This document shows, one piece after another, positions 15,740-28,700 of a DNA stretch of 64,000 nucleotides. The notes under the pieces are model-generated. The model made no database searches and was not told the origin of the DNA. It saw nothing but the letters and a program-made list of their open reading frames with translations. The translations under genes and the position numbers were made by a program. Source of the DNA: Balanoglossus misakiensis (taxonomy: Eukaryota > Animalia > Hemichordata); assembly GCA_040954595.2 (NCBI GenBank), contig CM082581.2:13093921-13157920 (forward strand). Direction: 5' to 3'. Numbering within the stretch: position 1 is the stretch's first letter; every line of letters starts with the position of its first letter.

Positions 15740-17449
15740 AGTGTTATTGGACGCCCGTTTTCTTTTTTCTGCCAATAGGCCCATCACTCTGTCGTTTGGA
15801 TATTAGGCACTGCCCTCCTGCTAACATTTTGCGTTTACAAACTGCGAATTCCTTTCCCAGTAAATATCGCTAGAGTATATAAAACTCCATGCAGCGGTGC
15901 GTATAGTATATAAGTATAGGTTACGACATCTCGGGAACCATTCGATAGCCAGAAGGCAAACTGAAAATAAAGTTACGCGGATATATCAGTGGACAGGCCA
16001 ACGTATTTCATTCAGAAATCAAACACATAATTACTCGGTTAAAAGGTCGCACTTCCAATACAGATGATATTTGCTTCTTTCTTAAATTCTAATTCAAATG
16101 AACTGATTAATTGCCCTCCCGAAAGATGGCAGTTGACACGTGAGTGTGCTGAAAGCCACCGTAACAGCATCTAACTACCAACAGGGGTCATACGAGCCCT
16201 AACCTTGTCAAAATCGATCACGAATTGATAGCAAAGCACGTCGATTGTATTTTATGTTGGCGGCCTTTGCGTCTAGCTTTGTGCAGTCACAGACAAGAAT
16301 CTTCATCGACTTTTCCATTTTTTCCATTTCCATTCCATTCGTAGCTTGCATGTTTCTAGTTTTTTTCTTCTTCATTTAAGTACTTATATTCATCCGGCCA
16401 TATGGAGAACTTTAACAAAATATGCGCCAATATCCTGAATCACTGGGGATTCCGGGATTGAATGCGGCTTGCAATCTCGAACACCGTTTCCGTTTCAAGG
16501 AATTTACGATGGAAAATATTCCAATTACGGATTCAACAGCTTGGCAGACGTTTGTACGAGTACACTTGTTATTTTCGAAAGAGAGTCGTGTCACCATTTC
16601 AAATGAGTTGTGCGTGCTGTTGAAAATTGGCCCGACGGTCAAGTACCGAAGTGATATGCATCGATACTATATAGGCCTAGTATACATGTGTGCACCGAGA
16701 TAATGCGTTTTCTCCAAAGACACCGGTAGCCTCGCAATTTATACAGCCAGCACTCAGCTTGGTCGTTAAGAAAAATATTCAACCGCTGTGTCCTGCTTTG
16801 GGGTCACTTCACGGGTCAAGAGAAGCCGCATTTATTTCAATTACGGACTGTATTTTATAGTAATTGGTTGATAAATTTCACAGGAGCCGCCGGCAATGCG
16901 ACAATTGCAGTGAAGCCCGTCTTTATTGAATATTTATGAATTAAAACATAAAGCCATCAGTGAACAAGTACGTGTGCTTTTCCCTCGCGGACTCTCTCCG
17001 TTTAGTCTGCGAACCACATTCTGAAATTCAATGTGGTGAGGATATGAGCAGCTCCCCCCCTCCCGCGGGGTGGTAGGGGATTACTGGGAAGTCTTCAGAA
17101 ACTCAACGCGTGTGTACTGTAGCCCGTAACCTAGTAACGGCGAATCCTGTCTTCCCGCACTGCAGATAAACACGTGATTAGGTGTGAACGGCCGATACTT
17201 TGATTGATTTCCTTCCGAGTGTCGCATGATGTTAATAGCAAAATCCGAAAAAGAAAGTGTCCCTTATCGGCCGCATCAATCAAATTACAAACGATGCACT
17301 GTTAATGACGTAAGCACCAGTGGACGGGTGGAATTGTGACATCTACATAATTTGATTATTTAAGAATAAATGCAATCTTGAAGTTAGCAGTCCCTCGTTC
17401 TACAGTGCCCAGACATGTAAGTTTCCTTAATCAAATTCTTTGTGCGCAG

Positions 17450-17479
17450 GCGGTAAATCCCATCTCCCCAACGGGCCAG
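17450..17479 (+). CDS. Candidate 30-nt symmetric (phase 1-1) cassette microexon of B55
   Basis: ttccttaat...ttctttgtgcgcag|GC GGT AAA TCC CAT CTC CCC AAC GGG CCA G|gtaaag; encodes GKSHLPNGP with no stop. Confidence 0.3.
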
Positions 17480-18069
17480 GTAAAGATCAGTGGTTCCAGG
17501 CATGCCTTGGAAATGGTTCTTGAAATAAAACAAATCTTGACATAAAAAATAAAAACCGCCTCCCCCTCCCCTTGTGGCCATATTGGATCGTGGAAAATTG
17601 TAGCTTCTCATCAAAGCCTTCTATAAGTAACGGCCATTGGTGTTGTTGACAAGTTAATTCTATTGAGAAAATAGCCCAAAGTTGGAGTTCTGCAGCTTTA
17701 ACGTTGGACTCTGCCACCGTGGGAATATCGACTTTGGAGAACGGAATTTGATTGATCAGGTATTACTGTAGAGCCTAAAAGAAACTTAACTTGATTTAGG
17801 ACGCGTTGCAGGGTTGTCGTTTCTATGGACGAACGAATCAGCCCCAAATCCCTCCGCGCAGACAATGGCAACAACGGATTCTTTCATGTCTGGTACAAAC
17901 GTTCCCTCACAATGCGTGCAATTCACACACCTTGATTGAAGAGGAATTTATCCACGACCAGACAGTATCAACTGTAGACAGCAATGAAAACTGAATTAAA
18001 ACCCCCCGAAAAGGGACAAGCCTGCAGAACCAGACTTAATTCCCCTGGATTAAATTGGCACCTTTTTGC

Positions 18070-18465
18070 TGACGTAAGCAAATTGGAAGTTGCATATGTT
18101 ACATATGCCCATATATGGTTAAAAGGCCGTGTCTAAGTCTTCCAGTGACCATGTGTGATGGCCAACCTGTGAAAATTTGTGATTGGCCAGATATTTCCAT
18201 GGTGACTGAGCTATATTTGCATTGGCGACCGTTTGCCTTTAGGGCCTAACCTGTTCTGCAGTTAGCAATCAGCGTCCGGTCTCCAACGCTTTCTAAATCA
18301 ATCAAGGTGACGGTCCAGATCTACTTGACTCTGTTTACATGACTTCAAAATCCTCACGCTTGAGGTGATTTCGAAGAAGTGGGCAAAATAGATGTACCGT
18401 AACTACGGTATGATCTCCTAGACGACCACTTGACGCACAGCCAGCCCACCGGTTCCCGTGGCAAC
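18070..18465 (+). promoter_or_regulatory. Serum-response-like regulatory module (CRE-like, Ets, CArG, CCAAT x2, X-box)
   Basis: TGACGTAA 18070, GGAAGT 18085, perfect CArG CCATATATGG 18109-18118, ATTGG 18182 and 18221, GTTCCCGTGGCAAC 18452-18465. Confidence 0.45.
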
Positions 18466-21459
18466 AGAGAACGATAACTCAAGGCTAGGCAGGTTGTTGC
18501 TGATCGACATTTCCTGTCACATTAGAAGCCCTTGCGGCGCGGCAGAGCATAATATTTCGGGATTAATTACCTTCCAACCACCCGCAAAGGGGTTTTCGTT
18601 GGAAGGCAATCTTGGTGGAAGGAGCGAATCCCGGCGAGGCAAAATTGGAGATCTGTTTCCATGGTACCCCCCCCCAACACCGGTGCATTGCCATGCAGTT
18701 GCAATGCCACGGAATAAGTCAGACTGCGGTGGTTTCGCGTGCAATGCAATCCTCAATAACCGCGCGAAATCAGAATGATATCATCTTTATATCCAAGTAA
18801 GACATGAAATATAGCTTTTGAAATTATGCAAGATCACAGTCGGACTTTGCTGCACGATCAAACTTAAACGTAGAATAGAAAGAAGATTGCCGAACATTAA
18901 CAGTGCAATCTCATATACCGACACACTCAGACTCTCATAGCCTCGAAAACAAGGTTTACATATCTCTTTACTTTCCCATTAGATCTAATGAAACAAAACC
19001 TACTAGGGTTATCATTATCTAATACCAATTCTGTGCTACATACGCGACGGGTATCATTAATTCGTACAGCGAATACGCTTGCAAATAACGACCCTGCACA
19101 AGAACTCCGGGGTCAATTATCGACGTCAGAATGTTCTATTTATAGCCTTTCATGGCTGACTCGATTGGTAATTTACTTGTGAGGTTGATTTTATAATTGC
19201 ACGAACGTTTTCACGCAAGAGAAGCCAAGCGCTTCCAGTGTTTAATGCCATCTGAATACCGAGGAAAATTGAACTAATATTTAATTATGACCACTGTTGT
19301 AACATACATTCTCTCTGTGAACTCTGATAGGTTTTTACTTCGTGCCAGGGAGTCAAATCACATTAAAATATTTGCATTGTGGGTAAATGGGTCGACAACT
19401 CAGAGTTTGAAGAAATGATATGTTTAATCTCCCCACCTGTTAGCATGATATTGAACTCGTTCAACTTTTTCACACGCTATTGTTTCTGGAACAAGTTTAA
19501 GAATGGCACAACATCACGTAAACTTATGAATTTCCATTTCTTAAGCATAGCAAAAATCATGCAGCCATCTTGAAATTGTGTTAAATAACCACATGAGATT
19601 TTCATCACTTAACTAGGCAGCAAAAAACTATTTAAGGTAGTGAGAATTCAAATTGGACAGTTTGACGCCGTTCCTCCCGACGCGAAACTGTAAACGAGAG
19701 ACAGACGTATCTTCTTTAGCGGAAATATGCGAATCGCTTTTCCATCGATCGTCGCATTATTCTATGGCGGCTTGAAAATCGAGGCAGCCGTCGTTCTGTA
19801 CGCGGCCCCTGGAGTGGAAAGAAACCCATTTGAGAAAAACCGCTTTGTGTGTTTGGAGGTTTGAGGCTCTTAAGAGCCGAATATCACATTTCTGGAGCTG
19901 CAAATTGTCGGGGATGTCACCGACACCGGGATGAATAGGGAGCTTGCAATTTGTATCTTTAATCGATTCAGCGCGACTTTTGTGACTCTTTCGTGTGAGA
20001 AGCATTCCAATCTCCCGATGTTGAAAACCTATCAGAATATATTTCCGCGAAAGAAATGCATATACGCGGGCGCAGTAACAGTAACCCCGCTTCTCTGATT
20101 GTGTATTAACCAAAGCTGCAGCAGAAACCGTCAATAACACTCCGGAACGCGGAATTTCTAAACCTACGAAGAATGAACGCGGCGGTTCCATTGACCCAAA
20201 TGATATTAAAAGCGATACATCATTGCATGTTCAAATATTAATACCATGGAGGGAGAATTTAATAGCAGACTCGCGGGCGATTGCACAGAAATGATTATCA
20301 ATATCTTTTTTTCACTGCCGTTATTAAATTGCACGTTTCCTAAACTTTTCTGTAACATTCATCTGCGCTGCATGGCAAGGGATGTTTCTAATGGTTACAT
20401 GTGTTATCATTATATTGACATGTTTTTACACACACTATGACATCTCGGAATACCGCCTATCCAACCCCATCCACCGTTTGAAATTGTCAAACTTTAAAAT
20501 ACCCGAATGATCTTTGCGCAGAATTGTCGGATAAAGTGTGCATTGAATTTATGGTTATAGTTCACAAGTTGGTTAATATTGATTTAATAATTTTACTTCG
20601 ATATTTCCTGTAACTAAATGTTGATGTATTCATGAAAAATGTCTAAAAATATCGCAATATTTGTCTCCATTTCATTTCCCTTGCGGGGTCCAATGCAAAT
20701 TGAAATAATTGCTTTTTCTCCATCGTAAACAGCTTACCATGCTAGCCATCGCAGCTGTTACGTGTATGTCGTGAAAAAAGCACGCCACCAGTGGCGACAT
20801 CTTCAGGCCTGTGACAACTTTAAAGGCTTTATAGCTGCCCGAGTTTTCATTTTCACTACGTAACCGCTGCATACTCAGTTGGTCGAAATTTACTGCGATG
20901 CATTCGACTAACACAAACGTCTAGAAAAATGCATTAAGCTTAGTCTACATTCCTGCTGTGATATTCTGATTGGCATGTAATTCTGACCATGATTGAATGG
21001 TGTCAAGGAGAAGAAAAAAAAACTTCCATCAAGAGACAACCGGTACTTTGCGTAATCTCCAATAAAATCGAGCCGATTCTAAGGCGCCTTTGGACCAGCT
21101 TGACGGCGAAATGATCAATAAAACAGCCATCACATCAGTAATTTGCACATGCAAACATCTTGGCTGCAGTAAACATCTCGTTCCAATGCGCGAGGACGAA
21201 CTTAGGTCACCTTCAGTCGATCAACTCATGTATCTGACTCGACATTATTATCGCTTTCACTGTGAAAAGTAATATCGGATTCGCAGATCGGGATGCCCCT
21301 AAAAATTGAAGAAAACAAAACAAAACAAAGAGAAATTAGACTGAAAATCTTGTCCAATCGAGTCGCCACCTAATAGAGCATCACATTGAAATCAGAAGAT
21401 GTGACACCTGCGAAAGTTTATGATTTTTTCTTGGGATGCAATCAATGAAAAAAGGTAAT

Positions 21460-21532
21460 TGGTTTCGCTGAGGATCGAACTCAGGGCCTTCTGCGTGTAA
21501 AGCAGACGTGATAACCGCTACACCACGAAACC
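21460..21532 (-). tRNA. tRNA-Val (anticodon UAC)
   Basis: GGTTTCGTGGTGTAGCGGTTATCACGTCTGCTTTACACGCAGAAGGCCCTGAGTTCGATCCTCAGCGAAACCA, 73 nt. Intact acceptor, D, anticodon (TCTGC/GCAGA, loop TT-TAC-AC) and T arms; Pol III T6 terminator at 21448-21453. Confidence 0.98.
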
Positions 21533-22047
21533 TTGATAGATATCCATTGCCATGCCTAATCAGCGAATAATGTGTTGGTTTGAGGAAGCTCACATTTGCC
21601 ACAATGCATTACTTATCCTGAGAATCATTTTTGACTCTGTATTCGCTAACTTTTCCCATTAATAATCGTTGAGGTACGACACTTTCGCAATCACAACTGT
21701 AACACTGTAACCCTGTTTACTGCTAATAACCACAGTACACTAACTCAGGAAAGAAGGCTAGGTCATAAACCACGCACTTTCTATTGAAACCAAATCAAGT
21801 TTGATCGCCCCGCTTTCACGAGAACACACATTCAATTTGTTTAGCCTCATGGACATCCAATCGTTATGTTAGGGCTTTATCATCTGCAGTGTTTTGGATT
21901 AAACTCTGTCTGAAGTCGATCCGCGTGGCATAAGTCCTTGTGTTCGCAAAGAGCTCACGGTCACATCGCACAGGAATGAAACATTATGAGATTATATTCC
22001 TACACATTATTTATGTCAGTACGCACTTACCACTGCTCACTGCCTGC

Positions 22048-22066
22048 TGGCCACAAGAGGGCGCCA
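22048..22066 (+). promoter_or_regulatory. CTCF-like binding motif
   Basis: TGGCCACAAGAGGGCGCCA closely matches the CCACNAGRKGGCRC consensus; it lies between the tRNA and the proximal B55 promoter. Confidence 0.55.
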
Positions 22067-22544
22067 GAAGGATGTCAAGAGGACAAAATCACCAGTTTTC
22101 ATGTTTTAGTTTTTTGCTATTTTGGCTTGTTTTTTATATCATATGAGAGACCATAACTGTTTTCCTGTTCACACCACTACATCAGATCTAATATTTGTTG
22201 TTGTTTCAGCTTCAAAGTTAGAGCTTTACTTAATCTGTTGAGTCCGTTAGTTTAATCGTCACTTCTTTAACGAAATTAAGTTCTATAAGTCTAAAATTCG
22301 CGGCACTTCTTAAATATCGTTTCCACGAATTTTACTTCAAGGAAACTTTGTACAACTACAAGATTTGTGTCTCAAACGCAGTTTGAAATGTGATGGGGGA
22401 AGTACTAGTATTTTGTTGTCACTTTTCCCCGTCAATGCCTATACAAACAACACGTTGTCTATTTACAGCAACAAATATTTTCGCTCACCGGTGACAAACA
22501 AACGTCTATCGATAGAGTCTCCAGTCGGTCCCTTTGGAAATTAG

Positions 22545-22794
22545 AGATCACTTCCTGTCTTCACCTCAGCTCACGTCGTGACAGCGAGGCCGGGTGACGT
22601 CATTATGGCAAACCTTCTGCAGCCTGTACATTGAAGTGCGCCATTTTGAAAGTCGACGTTGGTTTTGTGTACGATACCGGCGCTAAATCTGGGCGCCATC
22701 CTCGCCATCCGCCAATAAATAGCTTATGCAGACCATCTAGACGATATTTCGGATATTCCCTCACAGTTCTAGGGTCGTATTTTGGTTCTATGTG
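22545..22794 (+). promoter_or_regulatory. Proximal B55 promoter / 5'UTR
   Basis: CpG-rich; Ets CACTTCCTG near 22549, CRE TGACGTCA 22595-22602, YY1-like GCCATTTT near 22640. Confidence 0.55.
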
Positions 22795-25700
22795 ATGGCT
22801 GGTAGGTGAAAATATAACGTTACATAGTACAAACAATACGCATTTGTCAAACGTTCGTGCCATTGTACTTCACACACTACTATGAATGGGGCTCACATGT
22901 TAAGATTGGCTTCTGATGGGAGTTTTTTGTTTCCGGCAGGGACTGGCGAGGTTCAGTGGTGTTTCTCGCAAGTAAAAGGAACAGTTGAAGAAGATGTCAC
23001 CGAAGGTAAGCATTGCATGAAGTCTAAATCAGTGTCTCTTCGTCAGCAAAAGTAATGTCCGTAGAGTACTGACACAGGACACAGGTCGATACAACCTCCG
23101 AATGCGATTGTCTCTATGAAGTGAATCATAATTAGTTACCGTTATATGCATGCTAATCGCTGCGTAGAGTTTAACATAACTGATATGCATATTTAATACT
23201 AAAAGACAACAGTGTCGTAAAGATTGAAATCGGTTATCGGTACACTTGTTTTGTACGTTTCAACATGGCGACCACCCCGGCGTTTTAACAGTCTTCTGTG
23301 CACGCGCACGAATGTTTCCCCTGAAATAATGATTGTACTAAAATGAAATATCAGTTATATATCACTATAAATATTTCATTGTTAATTCCACCCTGCGATT
23401 CGTGTAAAATTTGCTCAAAGTTACAGCGTGAGAACTTTGAACAGATTTTAAATGGTGTGACCTTTGACATGTCAATTCAACTACCCTGGAACTTCAACAC
23501 AGGCAACAAAGGGGCCTTTGGACGTGCTGAAATTGCATTCAGTCTCTGTGGCTTTTCCTACGCACAATAGCATAAATCATTCTATAAATATACACAAATT
23601 TTAGGTTATTTTGCAAAGTGCATCCTTGCAGACCTGGGTTCATCATGATCTGCATGACCTGATTTTGTTGTCAAACTCTCTCCAGTGTATTGCTGACAGT
23701 CAGCTACGCCTAAGTTCATTTCCGATTTGTGTGAAAGTAGGTCACACAAGATACACATACGTTGACTGAATTAAATGGATATATACCCATACATGGTATA
23801 CCATTGCTGCACCTTTTCATTTCGCATTGCATGCGTTTGATTGCCAGTGAAGTTATTTCATTGACACTTATGTGAAGTAAAATATTCAAACTGTATTCCA
23901 GTATTCACTAATTATTGTGCGCAAATCTCTTCTCCAGACAGCTTTGTGCTCTATGACCAAAACAGTTCATTGTCATACTTTTATTTTTTCAGCTGACATA
24001 ATATCTACTGTTGAGTTCAATCATGATGGAGAATTACTTGCAACAGGCGACAAAGGAGGACGTGTTGTCATATTCCAGCGCGATCAGGCAGTAAGTAAAT
24101 TGCCAACAAATTTCTCCACACAAGAAATAGGTTTAAATTGAGGGGGGGGGGTTAAAAATGTTTCTGTTGAAGCAGCTTTGTAATGTGTATCACCTTATCA
24201 AGATACACCTACTGGTCAGAATTTTCCAGTGAACTTTGAATCATTATAATAATGAGTGTTGCACGTTCGACAAAAAAATTGAGGTACCTTTTGTTGGTGG
24301 TGGAAATTTAGCAGTGCCCTGAAATGCCCCCTGGTTCAGATTTACTGAATTTCCCATCAATCAGTGAGTCCTAACCTTGTAGAGAAACTTGAGAGATTTG
24401 AAGAACGAGAATGAACACCTTTGGGGAAGGGGGCATGCTGTACAGTAAGGTATCTTGTACAATCAGATAATGACCTAATTTGCTTATATCTACCCACGCA
24501 GTATGGGCGGTTTGGATGTATATCCTTCAGAACCTGCCAACAGAAAACATGACAAATCCAATTTTCCCATGATGAAAATTCCGATGTTGTTGCTGTCTGG
24601 TTAATAATTGACCAAATTACTGGGGGAGTCTTGGATAGTTGTAACTGATGACTCCTGTTCAGAATTGATTTGCAGCTCAGTAATTTTATGAAATGGATGT
24701 GAAATGGCCTTATTATGGAATTTTTATAAATGACGCTTGTCAGATACCCCTGCCATTCTTTTTAGAAATGGTTTCAGCGAAGCTGATATTATGTTCAAAG
24801 TTGCAGAAATTCAGTGTCTATTTTTTGCCTTAAATTTTAAACCCTAAAATATATTGATTTCCCCAGTAAGGAGAGTAGGGCTTGTGACTCAGCTATGCCG
24901 GGATGTTTGAGTGACAGTCATCACTAGATGCAAAAACTCTAAGCTATTACTCATTCCATCAAAGGTTCTTGCTGTATAGTATAGTACAGTGCATGCATTG
25001 AAGAAAATTTCCCTCGCAGACAGACTGTTAAATTTTCACCAGTTGTAGATATCTGCCCTGACCTTCTGGTTGTATCAGGCTAAATGCAGATTAATGAGCA
25101 TGCAATAAAAGTAGAGAGAATTTGAAGTGTACTGCAACTGGACATACCACATCTGGCATAAAGAGCCCTTGTCTTTACCTGGTCATATATTGTGAATTGC
25201 CCTATAGTATAAATAATTAACTTTATCATTTCTATTTGCAGACAAAAAATTCTGGGCCTCGTCGTGGGGAGTACAATGTGTATAGCACCTTCCAGAGTCA
25301 CGAACCGGAATTCGACTACTTAAAAAGTTTAGAAATTGAAGAAAAAATTAACAAGATTAAATGGTTATCAAGACAAAACAATGCACATTTTTTGCTTTCA
25401 ACAAATGGTAAGTTTCTTAACTGATGCTAATGAAGTAATTGGATTGTAGGACTTTGTGTTTGGGGGACACGCTTCTTTCATGAAGCCACCCACAGAAAAC
25501 CTTTGATTGGCCAGATCTAAAGTTGCCATGGTAACTGTCTGAATTTGCATAGGTGACTGTGTACCTATAGCATATCCAGTGCACATTTGAGCTTCGGCAC
25601 ACAAAACGTCAAGCTACTCTCATGAAACTAATGATGCAGAAGGAGAATATTGCAACTGTGTCTGATGGTGAAAATCCATCAATTCATAGTTCTGATCGTT

Positions 25701-28700
25701 TTCTCTCTCTCTCTCGAGTGAAAAATCTTTTGGCTGGCTGTTATTTTTCACCAGATACTTTTCCCCTAAGGGTTCTTGCGAGATTTCTTGATTATTTTTC
25801 CTTTAGAAGGGTACAGTGTGGTGGATCAGTGATGTTATTTGAAATCTGCCGCAGGTCGTGTTGGTAATTCTGTGTATTCTGCATGTAATACGAGTCTGTC
25901 AAAGGAGTTGTAGATAGGATCATGGTTTACTTTGGATACAAGTCTCTGAATGTCCATAAAATTAAAAAAACAAGCAGCATCTAGCAATCTGCATGATAGA
26001 ATAATCCCTCATATTTTTTCTAGAAAAAAAAACACATTGATATTGGGTTAAAGTGCGCATTGTCAAATTTATCAATTTTTTACCAATTTGAGGAATTGTT
26101 ACCCACAATGCTGTACATTATTTCTCTTCATTGTCTCCACATTACTTGAATGTGTTACCATGGCAACAGTGTGTTGACGTTAGCAGAGAAAAGTGGGCCT
26201 AGTTTATTTTTAGCAACGAGTCTTGAGAGGCAGTTGCTACAATATACCATTCTGGCTTTTATAGATTGATTAAATTCGTTTAATCAGTTATCGCTTTGGG
26301 ATATAAGTTAGATGTTACGTGTTGGCAGAGTGTTAAAATTTGATTTATGCATGTTGTGTTTCTGCGTAGTGTACATGGCTGACAGACCTGAATTCTCAAT
26401 AAAAATGTAACCTTCATCACGTGGTATTAAAGCCTTTCTTGGATTTTATCCTCAGTTAAGGAATTTAGGTCACAGTTTTGGGAGCAGTGCTAAATGAAAA
26501 TCCAAGTGCTGTTTTGTGTATGTGTTTCTGCACACCTTGATGTGTAGTGATATATAAGCATTAGTAAGATGAAATGATGCTTAGATTAACAGATCTGCAC
26601 TCTGTCGCAAAAGTAAGCTATTCCCTGGGGGCAGTTACTGCAGAAAAAGGTCATACGGTGAAATCAAAATGAAAAAATACAACTTGTTTCTTGGAGTCAT
26701 TGATACATGCAGTAAATCATTGAAATTACAAATTGTCTTTTCCTTCTCTGTTATTAGTGCCCTGTGGTATTTCCAAATCAACAAAACATTTGCAAACATC
26801 AATTATATTTAACATTTCTTGCTTATTGCAGTCTTATTTTCCTACCTGAAAAATGCCGAAATGATTACTTCAAGGTACAGCATGCCTCATTGGCAAGTTC
26901 TGTTAGTTAATGATTTCATGTTGTCTACAGGCAGAAATAAGAGCTCAAGGAGCACGGAATGTATCTTAAAAGCAGAAAAGAATCTAAATAAAATACGAAA
27001 TGTATGCAACCATATTATTATCAAATGATGTCTCTGTGATTTTGGACTGATGAGTGTGACATTTGAAATGAATTTGTATGTTCAAATGTCAAGGGCATTG
27101 GACGCAACACAACTCAACACAGTTACAGGCAATGTAGTGTAGTGTGTAGCCTTCAAAGACTGCATGAGAATATGTAAAGATATTTTGAGGTCAGCAAAAT
27201 TCAGTATTGTAGCTAACACTGTAACAGCACTTTAATGAGTGCAAGGAATGTTCAAACTCTGATTGACATTTGATTTGTATGGAAAAGCTGACTTCTGTTG
27301 TATCAAAGATTAACTAAGGCGTCATTCACTTTTGTGTTTCTTTGGTTCTTGATGTGCCAATAGTAATTGGAAATGTTGAAAGCTTGTTTTTGTAAATTTA
27401 TGTGACCTCTTGTGACGAAGGACACTGCCGTTTAGCAATCGTGCTGGGTTTTGTGCAAAACAAATGTAAAATAACGGTGATGTAGAAATCCCTTCAGAGA
27501 AGGAGCCTGCGGGCTGTGTTCAAATATCCTTTACACATTTGGCAGTCTTAATGTGTTTATAATGATGAAAGATGAGAGCAGCTTAGCACTTGGAGACTGA
27601 AGATTGTCGAGACGAAGACTCAATAAATCCTGTGTACCTGTAGAGTTATTTTATGCTGTTAGTACAGCATCAGCAGCAGAAAGATGCGCACATGTTAATT
27701 TGGAAACATCAGTACGCATCAAGTAATTTCAGTTTGTTTATGTGCTACTGAAAATGTCAGGATTTAAATTACACAGTAAGAAAAATAGGCATCACGTTGA
27801 GATATTGTGTAGCGAAATGTTTCAATGCTTGCATGAAGGACGTATGTTTGAATGAACTGTCCTCTTTCAAACATATTTCATCTGATGTGCTGGGTGAGAA
27901 ATGATAGAAATGAGCAATGTGACTAAGTAGATGAATCGGCTTGCGTTCTGTACATGGAAAATTCTTGAAATCATTTCATTGTCTTCGTTCTGCACTATAT
28001 TCCGTGACTTTGCAGTGGTTCAAAAGAAGCAAAAAAAAATGTCCTAGTTTCTTCAATGCACAGATGAATTTTCATCTTTGGTCCTGGGTGCGCTTAGTTT
28101 ACTTGTCAACCGCGGAATTCTGTCTCCGTGTGCGTTCACACTTAATGGCCACCGCAGTTGTCAACCGAGCCTTGTTTTCTTCGTATGACGTAAATGTAGC
28201 AGACCTCATGGCTTCCCTGCAGAGACGCGGCTAGTTCACAACCAAGACTACGCTTTTAATGAGTCGATTCTTTCTATTAGATTTAATCACAGTTTAAAAG
28301 ATAATTCTTAATGGTTTCTATCAGAAGATTTACTGAACCTACGTTTCTCTTTTGAGGACGAGGAATTATTGCAGCCAGCATGAGTTTTATGCCATGCCTA
28401 GACAGAATAAATCAAGAATGAAATGTCAATTGAGGGTTCTTAGTTTCACAAAAAAAGAAATGGAGGTTACATTTATCGTTTAACCTTTAAATTTCAAAAA
28501 TTAATATGTGAAATGAAATATTGGCAAATTCTCAGTGGGGAAAAAATAACACAACTGGGCAGCTGCTATATTCATGCAGCAAAATTTATTACTTGTGTAA
28601 AGGAGATCCGACGGACGATAATGAGAGGTTGTATATCAGCTAGGCTCGAGATGTAATGAATTGTAAATTGCTCACAAGTCAAGAGTGGGTTGTAAATGAC

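Noticed and set aside
16126-16145. First exon ATGGCAGTTGACAC|gtgagt for B55
   Set aside because: Good Kozak context and donor, but phase 2, so it is incompatible with B55 exons 2 and 3.
19757-20191. 144-aa minus-strand ORF as a gene
   Set aside because: No recognisable domain or splice structure; plausible by chance in locally GC-richer DNA.
24569-24650. Further C/D snoRNAs in B55 intron 3, at 27562 and in the XPO7 AT-AC intron
   Set aside because: Box-like words lack a convincing terminal stem, are wrongly spaced or have mismatched C boxes.
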